From positions 448,001-512,000 of the forward strand of contig CAVWHO010000016.1 of assembly GCA_963754875.1 (NCBI GenBank): 64,000 nucleotides of DNA. Direction: 5' to 3'. The translations under genes and the position numbers were made by a program. Numbering within the stretch: the stretch's first letter is position 1; every line of letters begins with the position of its first letter. The notes under the pieces were generated by a model. That model saw only the letters and a program-made list of their open reading frames with translations, made no database searches and had not been told where the DNA came from. Source of the stretch: Nitrospirota bacterium (GTDB lineage: Bacteria > Nitrospirota > UBA9217). This document shows positions 37,942-50,655 of the stretch, piece after piece.

Positions 37942-38715
37942 TTACGGTTTGATCATGATCGCCGACAGCATCCTGCCGGTCCTGCCCTCAGCGCGGAAGG
38001 AGTAGAATAAATCCCTGCGGCATGATGTGCAAAGCCCGAGTGCATGGATGTTCTGTTCCAGGAGACCCATCTTCAGCAGTTCCCGCGCATTCGCTTTCAC
38101 CAGGTCCAGGCCCCAGCGATCGTTGCCGCGCGGTAGTGCAATCTCTTGCCAGTGCGGAAATGCTTCTCGTACATGCCTCATGACGGGCTCATCAACTTCG
38201 TAACATTCCCGTCCGATCGCCGGACCGATTGCCGCAACTATCCGTTGGGGACAGGACCCGAATTCCACACCCATGCTGACCACGGTCTTGTCCACGAGCT
38301 TCCGAACCGTGCTCCGCCAGCCTGCATGAATCGCTGCTACTGCCGGTATTCCGGGATCGTACAGCAGCAGTGGCACGCAATCGGCCGTCTCCACGCCGAT
38401 CGCGATCCCCGGAGCGTCAGTGATCATGGCATCGGCTTCGATTGTCCCCGGCTTGATCGAATTGTCTATCAATCCCCGGGCATCGATCCGGACGATATGT
38501 TCCCCGTGGACCTGGTTTATTGTTATGAGTCTGTCCCGATTGATGCCGAAGGCATCTGCGACCGCGTTCCAGTCGCCCGGCAGTTTTATGCCGCTGTTCC
38601 GGGCACCGAGATTGTTCTTCCTCGTGGTGAAGGCATGGACGATCCCTTGCATGTCATCCAGCGCAGGTATTGTCAGGTACTGTCCGTTTCTTAATCCGTC
38701 TCTATCCGTGTTCAT
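37942..38715 (-). CDS. pgeF: Peptidoglycan editing factor PgeF (YfiH)
   Basis: QVHG, ADAMIT, TADCVP, HAGWR, GPAIG, FYSFR. Confidence 0.93.
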   Translation of the reverse strand: MNTDRDGLRNGQYLTIPALDDMQGIVHAFTTRKNNLGARNSGIKLPGDWNAVADAFGINRDRLITINQVHGEHIVRIDARGLIDNSIKPGTIEADAMITDAPGIAIGVETADCVPLLLYDPGIPAVAAIHAGWRSTVRKLVDKTVVSMGVEFGSCPQRIVAAIGPAIGRECYEVDEPVMRHVREAFPHWQEIALPRGNDRWGLDLVKANARELLKMGLLEQNIHALGLCTSCRRDLFYSFRAEGRTGRMLSAIMIKP

Positions 38716-38730
38716 CCTTGCCGAATCTGG

Positions 38731-40458
38731 TTATTTACACACGCCGCAGGTCCTGCACAAATCGACCCTGCAGGGCGGCGTGAACTTGCCTTCGAGCGCG
38801 CGTTCGTATTCATTTCTAAGATATTCTTTTCTCACACCGATGTCAATAAAATCCCAGGGAAGAGCTTCGCTGAATGCACGTTTGCGATAGACATAGAACT
38901 CCGTCGCCATGCCGGTTTCCTTCGCTGCCTTCTTCCAATCCCCACCGTTTGCATGAGCGGCCATTAGCAGCGCTCCGACACGCCGGTCTCCGCGCGAGAG
39001 CAGGGCCTGGACATACTCCCATTTCGGCAGATCGTGGATGATGTTCATGTTGCCGATCTTCCTGACAGTTTTTTCGAGATACCGCTGTTTCCTGTTCAGG
39101 CTTTCTATCGCTTCCATCGGCTCCCACTGGAACGGGGTAAACGGTTTCGGCACAAAAGAGTTCACGGAGAGCGTGATGCGGCCGATCCTGCCCTGCGGCC
39201 GGGCGTGCTTAAGCTGGATTTCGCGCACGTTCCCGGCAAGGGCGATGATGGCGTCGACGTCCTCCTGCGTCTCCGTGGGCAGGCCGATGATGAAGTAGAG
39301 CTTGAGGTTGGGAATGCCGCTTCCGAATACCATGTCAGCGGCGCGAAAAATGTCCTCTTCCGTAACTCCTTTATTGATGACCTTCCGGAGCCGCTCGGAG
39401 CCTGCCTCAGGCGCGATCGCGATGGTCTTATGCCCGCTTTTTGCCAGACGGGCGATCAGCTCCCTGCTTATGGAGTCGGCCCGGAGCGAGGAGACCGACA
39501 GGCCGCCTTCTATAGCCGCACAGAGCGCACCGATGTCGGGATAGTCCGATATCGCGGCGCCGACAAGCCCGATCTTCCCGCACAGGTCGACGGCTTTCCC
39601 TGCCTGCGCCTCTGCCTGCTCGATGCTGAGATTGCGCGGCGGGAGATAGATGTATCCTGCCATGCAAAACCGGCAGTGCCTGCCGCAGCCCCGGGTTATT
39701 TCTGAAAGGTACATGTTGCTGAACTCGGTATTCGGCGTGAAGATCACCGTCGCAGCAGGAGTTCTGTTGAAATCCGCGGCAACTCGTTTGACGATGCGCT
39801 CCGAGGCCGCTTGCTCGAGGATTGTTCTCTCTTTGATCGTTCCGTCTTCCTTATAGAAAACATCATAAAGCTCCGGTACATATACCCCGGGAATCCTGCA
39901 GAGGGCAATGAGCAGCTCACGCCTGCCTTTTGCACGGTTTGCCTTATAGCTCTCGATGAACTCGCCGGCAACATCCTCTCCTTCGCCGACAATGATGCAA
40001 TCAAAAAAATCCGCGAGCGGCTCGGGATTGAAGAATGAGCAAATGCCTCCAAGGATCACCAGCGGGTCGTCCTCGGTCCTCTCGTGCTTCTTCTGAGGGA
40101 TGTGGGCAAGCCGGAGCATTTCCAGGATATTCAGATAATCCTGTTCAAAAGAAACGGAAAATGCCAGGACGTCGAACTCTTTCACCTGCCTTTTGCTCTC
40201 CATGGTGAACAGCTGCGTATTCGAGCCGGCATATTCCCCGAGATCTTCATCATCGGGCAAAAAAACCCTCTCGCACACCGTGTCCTGCCGGCTGTTCAGG
40301 ATTTTGTAGATCTGGTGCACTCCGAGGTTCGACATGCCGACGTGGTAAACGTTCGGATACGCAAGCGCCACAGCCACTTCCGCACCCTGCGGCTTATACA
40401 CGGTCCCGCGTTCTGCGGAAAGCAGCGCTTCGGTTTTTTCTTTCAGCTTCCGTGACAT
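38731..40458 (-). CDS. B12-binding-like radical SAM protein (TIGR03960/YgiQ-like)
   Basis: YPNVYHVGMSNLG, RGCGRHCRFC, APEAGSERLR, FVPKPFTPFQW. Confidence 0.88.
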   Translation of the reverse strand: MSRKLKEKTEALLSAERGTVYKPQGAEVAVALAYPNVYHVGMSNLGVHQIYKILNSRQDTVCERVFLPDDEDLGEYAGSNTQLFTMESKRQVKEFDVLAFSVSFEQDYLNILEMLRLAHIPQKKHERTEDDPLVILGGICSFFNPEPLADFFDCIIVGEGEDVAGEFIESYKANRAKGRRELLIALCRIPGVYVPELYDVFYKEDGTIKERTILEQAASERIVKRVAADFNRTPAATVIFTPNTEFSNMYLSEITRGCGRHCRFCMAGYIYLPPRNLSIEQAEAQAGKAVDLCGKIGLVGAAISDYPDIGALCAAIEGGLSVSSLRADSISRELIARLAKSGHKTIAIAPEAGSERLRKVINKGVTEEDIFRAADMVFGSGIPNLKLYFIIGLPTETQEDVDAIIALAGNVREIQLKHARPQGRIGRITLSVNSFVPKPFTPFQWEPMEAIESLNRKQRYLEKTVRKIGNMNIIHDLPKWEYVQALLSRGDRRVGALLMAAHANGGDWKKAAKETGMATEFYVYRKRAFSEALPWDFIDIGVRKEYLRNEYERALEGKFTPPCRVDLCRTCGVCK

Positions 40459-40608
40459 GAGGGGATTATACTATTCTTCCCGGCGCGGGGCAAAGCAAAT
40501 AACGTTCTGGCATGGACGCTCGTGGTAATAGGTCGTCAACACAGCATTGTGCATCCGGGGAAAAATCGTCGGGTGGGAGGAGAAAAGGAGGACGTGAACC
40601 TAAAGGCT

Positions 40609-42943
40609 TCAGCTGTCGAGAATGCTCCGCACCTTTCTCAGGAGATCGTTCATGGGAGCAGGTTTGAGGATGAAATTCAGGCCCTTGTCGAGCAGGCCTT
40701 TTTGCTGGATGATTTCGGCGGTATAGCCGCTCAGGAAGAGCGCTTTGACTTCAGGCTTGAATATCCTGATCTTATCGTACACATCCTTCCCGTTCTTCTT
40801 CGGCATGATGACGTCCAGGAGGAGAATCTTCACTTTGTCCCTGTTCGCCATAAACTTGTTGACCGCGTCCTCGCCGTCCTCGGCCCGGATCACGGTGTAC
40901 CCGAACTGTTCGAGTATGCTGCTGGTGAGGGTCCTTACCGTCTCGTCGTCCTCGGCAACGAGGATCGTCTCCGTGCCGCCCTCGATCGGAGGAAGGTTGG
41001 TGTGGAGCGTCTCCGCGGCAGCCGTCGGCACAACAGGCAGATAGATCTTGAAAGTCGTGCCTTTTCCCTCCTCGCTGTAAACATGGATGGAACCTTCGTG
41101 CTGTTTGGTGATGCCGTAGACGAGGGCAAGTCCGAGCCCCGTGCCCCTCCCTGATTCCTTGGTCGTGAAGAAAGGCTCGAAGATACGCTCCCGGGTCTTT
41201 TCGTCCATGCCCGTGCCGGAATCCGTAACCGCGAGCAGGGCATAGGTGCCCGGTTTTTGAAAATCGTGCGCCTTGGCCGTGTCCTCGTCCATTTCCACCA
41301 GTTCGGTCTCGATGAACAGGTGCCCTCCCTTGGGCATTGCGTCCCGGGCATTGGTCGCCAGGTTCATCAGCACCTGTTCGATCTGGCTTGCATCCGCAAG
41401 GACGGATATCTCATTATCAGCAAGGAGGGTCTTGAGTTCCACGTCCTCGCCGATGAGCCGGGTAAGAAGCCGGTCCACTTTGCGGATGATTTCGTTCAGA
41501 TCGACGGGCCGCGGATTGATCGCCTGTTTCCTGCTGTACGCCAGAAGTCCCTGGGTCAGGCTCGCAGCCCGGTTCGCCGAGGCGAGGATCTGCTCGACAT
41601 TGTGCCTCAAGGGGTCGTCGGGCCGCATCTTCATCTGCAGCAGGTTCCCGTACCCGATGATCGCCGTAAGAATATTGTTGAAGTCATGGGCGATCCCGCC
41701 CGCCAGGGAGCCCAGGCATTCCATCTTCTGGGACTGGCGGAGCTGCTCTTCCAGTTTTTTGCGCGCCGAAATATCGATGCCCACGCCCACGATGTACTGA
41801 TTTTCGTTCATCGTCATCCGGAAGCCCGTCAGCAGGAACGGGATGGGCATGCCGCTCTTGGTGACGAGCCGCGCTTCCGTGGACGCCCTGCCCTTTTCCA
41901 AAAACCTCCTTCATTTTGTTCACGATGAGAGGCCTGTCTTCCCGGAAGAGATCGAGCACGTTCATCCGCGACATCTCCTCGGTCGAGTAGCCGGTCACCT
42001 CTTTTTCGTTGTTGTTCCACCGGATGAGCTTGCCCCCGCTGTCGCAAATATAGAACGTACCGGGCAGGCTATCGATGATCGTGTCGGAAAAGATCTTTTC
42101 CTGGAGCAACTGCTGCTCAGCGTGCCGCTGGTCGGTGATATCGATGCCCGTGAGGATCACGTGCTCGACCGCCCCGGCGGTGTCGAGGAGCGCGGCATTG
42201 GACCAGGAGATCAGTCGTCGTTTTCCGTCCTTCGCAACCCACTCGTTTTCGTACTTGCTCGGAAACATCTCCGGAATCGGATCGCTGAAGACCTTTTTCA
42301 CGTCCTCGATCTGTTCCGTCGGAACCAGGAAGTCCCAGACATACCGGCCACGCACCTCATCAAAGGCGTATCCGCTTATGTCTTCGCAGGTCCGGTTGAA
42401 CCGGACGATCTTCCCCGTGCGGTCGAGCACCAGGACCATCGACCCGACGGTGTTGAGGACCGCTCCGCTGAAATCGCGCTCTTTCTTGAGCGCATCTTCC
42501 GTCTGCTTGCGTTCCGTGACGTCGCGGGTGATCCCGAGGAGCGCGATGATCTCATTGTTGTCGTTCCGGAGGGGCACGGCGTGCGTTTCGAGCCAGAGTC
42601 GCCTTCCCTTGACGCCTTCCATCTCAAAAGTGAGCGTTCCTGATTTTCCCTGAAAAACCTCTTCCGTAAGTCTGTTGAAGGCCTCCCGGTGCTCAGACAC
42701 AACGAGGGGGCATACTGCTTTGCCTCTTACCTGATCGAGCGAATCGACCTGGAGCATGTCGAGGCCGGCGCGGTTCATCATAAGCAGGGTGCCGTCTGCG
42801 CTTATCAGTTTCACGCATTCCGGCTCCGTTTCTATGATCGTCTGCAGGAATTTTTTACTGTCGCGCAGTTCGATGTCCAGGAGGCTGATTTCCGACCCTG
42901 CCAGAATACGAGTACACTCTTGTGATTTATTCTCAATAGCCAT
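40609..42943 (-). CDS. Multi-PAS hybrid histidine kinase with receiver (frameshift near 41895)
   Basis: Three PAS/PAC segments; [33 protein letters not shown]. Confidence 0.9.
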
Positions 42944-43252
42944 AAGAACTCAACTGTCTGATTTTGCGGAGATCGTTTGATCCGGAACGGAGAACGGAGA
43001 TAGAAGATAACCCGCTCGATTTTCTAACCGTCGTCTTTCCCGGTTCCCACTCAAAGTATAGCAAAGGAAGAGCATTCATTGCGGCGGATTCCACATCATT
43101 CGTGCTGACGATTGCAACGTTCTGTCATTTACGGATATTTCTTTTTAGCTCCTGGTGCGAAGGATTGCGAGGAGAAACAGGGGAGAAGAAAATCATGAAG
43201 GAGTATCGGACCGGCAGCCTTGGGCTGGGCACACCGGTCCCTGGATGCTTGG

Positions 43253-45043
43253 TTATTCCGCTCTGACGAGGTCTTCGAACCTGATATCCACGCCGAACAC
43301 ACCGACGATTCCGCCGGTTTCGGAAGTGCTGATCGGAGCGGATACGGTGATGCAGAGCGCTCCGGTGATCTTCGATGTATAGAAATCCGACACGAAACTC
43401 TTGCCGTCCTTTATGGGATTGATGAACCAGGGACGGTCCGAGAAGTTGTCGCCGAGACCGGAGTGTTCGAACTGGGCCTTGTACTGGATCTGGGTAATAT
43501 TCCTCGTCGTCTTCTTGCCGTCTCCGTTCACCACGTAGGCAAACTGGATGAAGGGGTTCTCGTCGAGGAGCTTCTGCATGACCGTTTCCTGCTTTGCATT
43601 GTCCATGGTGCGCATCTCGGGACTCTCCACTATCCCCTCGACAAGATGGAGCGATATCTCCTGCGCCTTTTTCTTCAGCTTGTCAAGGTCGGAGACGAAA
43701 TACTCGGGCAGATACTTCTTTGCCTTTTCCAGCAGTTCATCATGGGAGATGCTCGTGGTCCTGCCCTGCTCGTACTGTTCCAGCACCCACTTGTGAATCT
43801 TGGCCAGGCCCGGGTGCCGCTTGTCGATCTTCTTGTCCGCGTCAAGGTGTAAATGGCTGTTCACCCAGTGTGCGATGCCGGCGATTCCCGATTTATCCGT
43901 GATGATGACGCCCATGGGACGCTTCAATATCTTGGACGTGTCGAAGATATTGTAGATCTCTTCGTTCTTCATCATGCCGTCGGCGTGGATGCCTGCGCTC
44001 GTCGAGTTGAACTCCGCGCCCACGAAAGGATAATTGGCGGGAATGGGGAAGCCCAATTCGCTCCGGAAATATTCGGCCATCTCGGTGATTGCCGCGGTGT
44101 CGATCCCTCCCTCGTTCCCGGTGAGGCTGATGTAGTCGATCAGCATGGCTTCGACGGGCGTGTTGCCCGTGCGCTCGCCGAACCCGAGGAGCGCGCCGTT
44201 CACCGATGCGCAGCCGTACATCCAGGCTGCGACGCCGTTGATGAGCCCCTTGTGAAAATCGTTATGGCCGTGCCACTCAAGCTGCTCCGACGGCACGCCG
44301 CCGTCGTGGATCAAGGAGTAGAAAATTTCCGGCACGCCGCGCGGGAGCGCTGTCCCGGGGAAGGGAAATCCGTACCCCATGGTGTCGCAGGCCCTGATCT
44401 TGATCGGCACCTTCGCTGCTTCCGAGAGTTTCATCAGCTCCTGTGCAAAGGGGATGACGAAACCGTAGAAGTCAGCCCGCGTGATGTCCTCGAGATGACA
44501 GCGCGGGATGATGCCCTGGTCAAGCGCCGTCCTAACGATGTCGAGATAGGCCTTGAGCGCGTCCTTCCGCGACAGGTTGAGTTTCAGGAAGATGTGGTAG
44601 TCCGAGCAGGAGGTGAGGATCCCGGTCTCCTTGAGCCCCATCTCTTTGACGAGCTTGAAGTCGTTCTTGTTCGCCCGGATCCAGCCGGTGATTTCGGGGT
44701 ACCGGTAGCCGCGCTCCCTGCAGAGCCGCACTGCCTCGCGGTCCTTTTCTGAATAGAGGAAGAACTCGGTCTGGCGGATCACGCCGTTCGGTCCGCTCAT
44801 CCGGTGCATGAAATCGAAGATGTCCAGAATCTGCTTGGGCGTGTATGGCGGCCGGGACTGCTGTCCGTCGCGGAACGTCGTGTCCGTGATCCAGATGTCC
44901 TTCGGGATATTGGTCTGGATCAGCCGGTCCTCCAGGACGACCCGGGGAACGCTCGTATAGGGGAACACCTCCCGGTAGAGCTCGGGCTCGGCAACGTTCT
45001 TTAGATCAAACGGTATTTTTATTGATTGCTTTTTGATGGTCAT
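43253..45043 (-). CDS. Re-citrate synthase-like DRE-TIM enzyme with C-terminal Cache-like domain
   Basis: ITDTTFRDGQQ, IRQTEFFLY, HGHNDF, GERTGN, AGIHADG; C-terminal SDRPWF..FYTSKITGALCITVSAPI..GVFGVDI; RBS before ATG 45043. Confidence 0.8.
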   Translation of the reverse strand: MTIKKQSIKIPFDLKNVAEPELYREVFPYTSVPRVVLEDRLIQTNIPKDIWITDTTFRDGQQSRPPYTPKQILDIFDFMHRMSGPNGVIRQTEFFLYSEKDREAVRLCRERGYRYPEITGWIRANKNDFKLVKEMGLKETGILTSCSDYHIFLKLNLSRKDALKAYLDIVRTALDQGIIPRCHLEDITRADFYGFVIPFAQELMKLSEAAKVPIKIRACDTMGYGFPFPGTALPRGVPEIFYSLIHDGGVPSEQLEWHGHNDFHKGLINGVAAWMYGCASVNGALLGFGERTGNTPVEAMLIDYISLTGNEGGIDTAAITEMAEYFRSELGFPIPANYPFVGAEFNSTSAGIHADGMMKNEEIYNIFDTSKILKRPMGVIITDKSGIAGIAHWVNSHLHLDADKKIDKRHPGLAKIHKWVLEQYEQGRTTSISHDELLEKAKKYLPEYFVSDLDKLKKKAQEISLHLVEGIVESPEMRTMDNAKQETVMQKLLDENPFIQFAYVVNGDGKKTTRNITQIQYKAQFEHSGLGDNFSDRPWFINPIKDGKSFVSDFYTSKITGALCITVSAPISTSETGGIVGVFGVDIRFEDLVRAE

Positions 45044-45134
45044 GGTTAAACTCCTGGCTGAATCGAATTCAAGATTCAACATTCAAAATTCAATACCTCA
45101 AGCATCAACGTGCATCATGAATCTTGAATTGTTT

Positions 45135-45794
45135 TTACTTTCCCCTGATTCCCCTGATTGCGGCGCCATAGTCTTTTTGGCTGAAGACCGCCGAACCAGC
45201 AACAAGGATGTCAGCGCCGGCATTGATGACCGCGGCCGCGTTATCCGGCTTCACGCCGCCGTCCACTTCTATCTCGACGGACAGGCCGAGGTCGTCGATC
45301 CGCTTCCTGAGCTTGGCGATCTTGTCCAGGGCCGAAGGGATGAAAGCCTGCCCGCCGAAGCCGGGGTTGACGGACATGATCAGCACCATATCGAGGTCCG
45401 CCAGGATGTAGTCCAGGCTGGAGAGCGGGGTGGCCGGGTTGAGCGCTACTGCGGCCTTCACGCCGGCGTGTTCCTTGATGGATTGCACAAGCCTGTTCAA
45501 GTGGTACGGTGTTTCCACATGCACGGTAATGTAGCCGGCCCCTGCCTTCGCAAAATCGGAAATATACAGCTCCGGGTTGGTGATCATGAGGTGCACGTCG
45601 AGCGGCAGCTTTGTGGACCTGCGTGCGGCCTCTACGATGAGCGGGCCGATGGTAATGTTCGGGACGAAGTGGCCGTCCATGACATCAACGTGGATAATGT
45701 CCGCACCTGCCGCTTCCACAGCCTTGATCTCCTCACTCAGTCGGGAGAAGTCTGCCGAGAGAATCGACGGCGCAACCTTGATTTTTTTTGTCAT
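45135..45794 (-). CDS. rpe: Ribulose-phosphate 3-epimerase
   Basis: [36 protein letters not shown]. Confidence 0.97.
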   Translation of the reverse strand: MTKKIKVAPSILSADFSRLSEEIKAVEAAGADIIHVDVMDGHFVPNITIGPLIVEAARRSTKLPLDVHLMITNPELYISDFAKAGAGYITVHVETPYHLNRLVQSIKEHAGVKAAVALNPATPLSSLDYILADLDMVLIMSVNPGFGGQAFIPSALDKIAKLRKRIDDLGLSVEIEVDGGVKPDNAAAVINAGADILVAGSAVFSQKDYGAAIRGIRGK

Positions 45795-45984
45795 GTCATT
45801 ACGTCCTAATCACTGTAAAGTTTAAGCTCTCTTAAAAACAGTCATAAATCGCATTTACCGCAGAGGACGCGGAGGTCGGAGAGGCAAATACGAACAAAGA
45901 AAGGTTTTTCTCGGCGGTCTCTGCCTGCACCCGGCGGTCATGAGTGCTGCGCCGCGAATGCAGGGCGCATTGAAAAATTCTTTC

Positions 45985-46690
45985 TTATTTGCTTACCACA
46001 ATATCGACCGTGGCATCAGCGGAAACGGGATATCCTGCGCCGGGCTTCTGGCTGATGACGGTCCGCTCCGTTCCCGGGGACCGGTCACTGCTGGCCCGGG
46101 TAATGACCCGATGCTGCAATTCCAGCCGGTCGACGATCCTGAGCGCCTCCTCGGCTTTTTTCCCCAAGAGCTTCGGCATGACGAGAAGATCGGGTTTTTT
46201 ACCGGAACTCACCAGCATGCCGATCGTGCCGCCCTTCTCGAGCGGACTCCCGGACTGCGGGTACTGCGCCATTACTACGTCCTGGTCCACGGAGTCTGAA
46301 CAGACCCGCGAGATCTCCCCCGGCATGAACCCCGCCTGCCGCACCATAATATCGGCCTTGCGAAAATGTTCGCCCACCACTTTCGGCGCCAAGAAGCTCG
46401 CTCGGCCCCTGGCTTACGACCACATGGACCTGCCGTCCCTTTTTTATCCCGCTCCCCGGCGCAGGTGATTGAGACACGACGGTATCGCGCGGCAGCGTGG
46501 GATTGGGTTCCCGACGGTCGACCTTGAGCTGCAGACCTTGCTGCGCAACGGTCTCGATAACGGACACGATGTCCTGGCCCGTGAGGTCCGGCACGCGCAC
46601 CTCTTCCTTATGCAGGAGCAGCGCTATGACGGCAAAGGCGCTTGCGATGCCGACACCGATGAGGGCCAGAAATATACCGATACTTTTCAA
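45985..46690 (-). CDS. PASTA-domain membrane protein (frameshift near 46400)
   Basis: N-terminal TM, three PASTA repeats (VPDLTG..SQSPAPG; PKVVG..AQYPQSG; MPKLLG..SQKPGAG). Confidence 0.85.
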
Positions 46691-46821
46691 AAAACTGCTT
46701 CATGGCAGAGCCCGTATTGTACCATACTGCAGGCAAGATGCAAGAACTTCTCAACAACTTGTCAATAATGCAACAGGATCCTGGGACATTCCATCCCCGC
46801 TGTTTGACCCGCCGGTTGCTC

Positions 46822-48163
46822 TTATGTTTTCCTCACCATTCTGACGGCGCAAAACCCGTCCATCTCAACGGCGCGCGGGTAAGTATGGAGAAATCCCTGA
46901 TCATCCACCAACCCTGCCGCGGGTTTCGGCAGATAGGGCCGGGGATCATCGACAACGAACCCTCTTCCTGCCAGAGAAAGAAAGGAGGATATGACGTCCT
47001 CATTCTCTTCCGGCTCTGTTGTACATGTGGCGTAGACGAGGACGCCGCCCGGATGAAGAAGTTGTGCGCAGTTTTCGATGATCCGGCGCTGCACTGCCGA
47101 GCGTTCCCGGATCGTCCCCTCGCTCTTGTTCCATCTTCCGTCCGGGTGCCGCCGGAGCACGCCGAGCCCGGAGCACGGTGCATCGACTAAAATTTTGTCA
47201 AACCTGCCCTGCTGATACAGCGCCGCATCTCCCGCCGTTGGGGACACGATCGTGCAGCCGAGCCGGCGGCTGTTCTCGCCGATCCTGGTCATCCGTGCTG
47301 CGTCCTGCTCGATCGCAACGATGGCACCGCGGTTCTGCATGATCTCGGCAAGATGCGTTGCTTTGCCCCCGGGCGCAGCGCAGGCGTCCAGCACGGCTTC
47401 TCCGGGTTTCGGAGAGAGCATCAGGCTTACCAGCTGGGCGGCCTGGTCCTGCACCATGAATAATCCCCGCTGATAGGCCTCAAGCGTGCGGATGGCTGGA
47501 GATGATTTTATTTCAAGCCCGAGTTCTGAGTAGCCCGTTGCAACAGCATCGACACCCTGGTCGGCGAGAGTTGCTTTGAGCCCGTCCCGCGTCGTCTTGA
47601 GGGTGTTCGTCCTGATCACGAGCGGCGCGTCCCGGTTGTTCCCGCGCAGCAGTGTTTCGGTCTGTTCCGCACCGAACCGGTTCAACCAGCGCCGGACGAC
47701 CCACTCAGGATGGGAGTAGACCGTAGCGAGTCTTTTTACGGGGTCGTCGAAAACGGGCTCGAAGATCGAACTCTTCTTCCGATCCAGGTTCCTGAGCAGC
47801 CCGTTTACATAGCTATGCTTTCTTCCGTGGTATTTTCGCCAGCTCGGTAGATGTATTGACCGCAGCGCTCGCGGGAACACGATCGAGAAACAACAACTGA
47901 TATGCGCCGAACCGCAGGATGTTCCGGGTCCATGCATCGGTTTTCCCGACCGGCTGCGCCGAGAACTGATTCAACATCCAGTCCAGCCGTGTCCGGTTCC
48001 TGAGTGTTCCATATACGAGTTCCAGAAGAAAGGCGCTGTCACGCGCATCGAACGATGCACGCGCCTTGTCGAGCAGCAGGTCGACGAACACGCCGTCCTC
48101 GACGTTCCGGAGGATCACGAGGGCTTGTTCTCTCGGTTTATCCCTGGTTGTCACGAAGTTCAT
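46822..48163 (-). CDS. rsmB: 16S rRNA m5C967 methyltransferase (frameshift near 47830)
   Basis: NusB-like ELVYGTLR; DACAAPGGKA, DAPCSGLG, YATCT..EENE. Confidence 0.93.
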
Positions 48164-48917
48164 TGCGGTCGTTTGCGAGGAATTCGAGCGCTTCTGCGAC
48201 CTTGGAGATGTCCACGCTCGTATTGAAGCACGGCCCGAAAGGACGGTCGTTCAGGATCCCGATCACAGGGAGCGGGTAGGCGTCCTGGATGCCGCTCGTC
48301 AGATCACGCTCGCACGCCACGGCTATGATCGCCTGGGGCTTCGCCTCCGCCACCCGCCTTCGCGCAAGCGTTCCGCCGGTTGCGACCGAAAGGTGCACGT
48401 GATGCTTCTTCGCGAGCAGGACCAGGTCTTTGATCTTGCACTTGCCGCAGGCCTGGCATTTGCTGGCGTCGGTCGTGATCTTGATCGCACAGTCGTTGAA
48501 CTGAAGGCAATGCGGCATGAGCAGCAGGATGCGCTGGGGTTTGTTGTCGCTGCATTTGGCCATGACCAGGAGGTTGTTCACCTCCACGAAGGACTGCTGG
48601 ATCTTTTCCTTCGAAATGCCGAGGAGCTTGCCTACCACGATCATGATGGGAAAGAGTATTTCGATCACGATCCCCCGGAGTCTTGCAGCGAAGAAGATTT
48701 CCCTGCCACGGATGAGGGTGAGGATGAGGAGCGCCACGCCGAGGATCAGGATGCCGAGCGCCCCGCCCATGGTCATGCACACGACTTCCGGCGCAAGAGG
48801 GTGGATGTTCCTGAGCCCCACGTAGGGGATCAGGTAAAGCGCTACCGTGATCGCGGCAAGCAGGAAGACCGTAAAGACGATAAGGCCGATGAAGATGCGT
48901 TTTTTTGGTTCAGACAT
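48138..48917 (-). CDS. DUF116 domain membrane protein
   Basis: LMPHCLQ, CQACGKC, ATGGTLA, AVACERDL, GPCFNT. Confidence 0.9.
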   Translation of the reverse strand: MSEPKKRIFIGLIVFTVFLLAAITVALYLIPYVGLRNIHPLAPEVVCMTMGGALGILILGVALLILTLIRGREIFFAARLRGIVIEILFPIMIVVGKLLGISKEKIQQSFVEVNNLLVMAKCSDNKPQRILLLMPHCLQFNDCAIKITTDASKCQACGKCKIKDLVLLAKKHHVHLSVATGGTLARRRVAEAKPQAIIAVACERDLTSGIQDAYPLPVIGILNDRPFGPCFNTSVDISKVAEALEFLANDRNELRDNQG

Positions 48918-49022
48918 AATTGAAAGTGGAATTGGTTACGGCCACGACGCCCGTTTCGTTAAGCGCCTTTCGGCAAGGTACGTAAGCGCGAAAGACGTAA
49001 CACGTGGCCGAAACGGGCTTCG

Positions 49023-49955
<933 letters not shown>

Positions 49956-49999
49956 TGGTGTTTTCCCTCGATTCCCGGGAATGCGATGGCTGCCGTGTT

Positions 50000-50515
50000 T
50001 TACGCTTCCGCTGCCATTTTTTTGTATCTTCGCTTAAATATATTTTTCTTGAGCGGGCTCAGGTGGTCGATAAACAGCAAGCCGTTCAAATGATCGATTT
50101 CATGCTGAAGGGCCTTTGCGAGGAGTCCTTCCGCATCGATCTCGAAGAGTTTCCCCGTTCGGTCCTGGGCCCGGACCTTGACCCGTGCTGCGCGCTTCAC
50201 CTTCTCGGCGTAATCCGGGATACTGAGACAACCTTCCTCTTCGGTGATTGATCCTTCCATGGATAAGATCTCGGGGTTGATAATGACGAGCAGGGGATGA
50301 CGCTGATCCTCGTTTTCCCGCGAGCTCAGGTCGATCACCGCCAGCTGAAGGGCAATGCCGACCTGGTTGGCGGCAAGGCCGACCCCCGGCGCTGCGTGCA
50401 TGGTCGCGACCATATCTTCAATAAGCCTGTCGAGGGAGCTGTCTATTTTTTCAACACGGGCCGTTTTGTTGCGTAGCACCGGGTCCGGGTAGGTTCGTAT
50501 TTCACGAATGGCCAT
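50000..50515 (-). CDS. def: Peptide deformylase
   Basis: GVGLAANQVG, EGCLS, QHEIDHLNG. Confidence 0.97.
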   Translation of the reverse strand: MAIREIRTYPDPVLRNKTARVEKIDSSLDRLIEDMVATMHAAPGVGLAANQVGIALQLAVIDLSSRENEDQRHPLLVIINPEILSMEGSITEEEGCLSIPDYAEKVKRAARVKVRAQDRTGKLFEIDAEGLLAKALQHEIDHLNGLLFIDHLSPLKKNIFKRRYKKMAAEA

Positions 50516-50618
50516 AGTATTCATATGTAACATGATTGTGAACGAAAATCAAGGCAGAAGATGGCGGGCCGGCATCAAAAAACGCTGATTTTGTTATGGA
50601 TAGGATGCGAAGACAGTG

Positions 50619-50648
50619 TTGACACTCCGATAAGCTTTATGGTATTTT
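50619..50648 (+). promoter_or_regulatory. Putative sigma70 promoter of the TPR gene
   Basis: TTGACA-18 bp-TATTTT shortly before ATG 50656. Confidence 0.45.
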
Positions 50649-50655
50649 TAAGACT

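Noticed and set aside
48935..49020. Assignment as hammerhead, pistol, twister or HDV-like ribozyme
   Set aside because: Lacks CUGANGA, the pistol A-rich linker, twister P4 pairing and the short HDV P3/L3; kept only as an unclassified structure.
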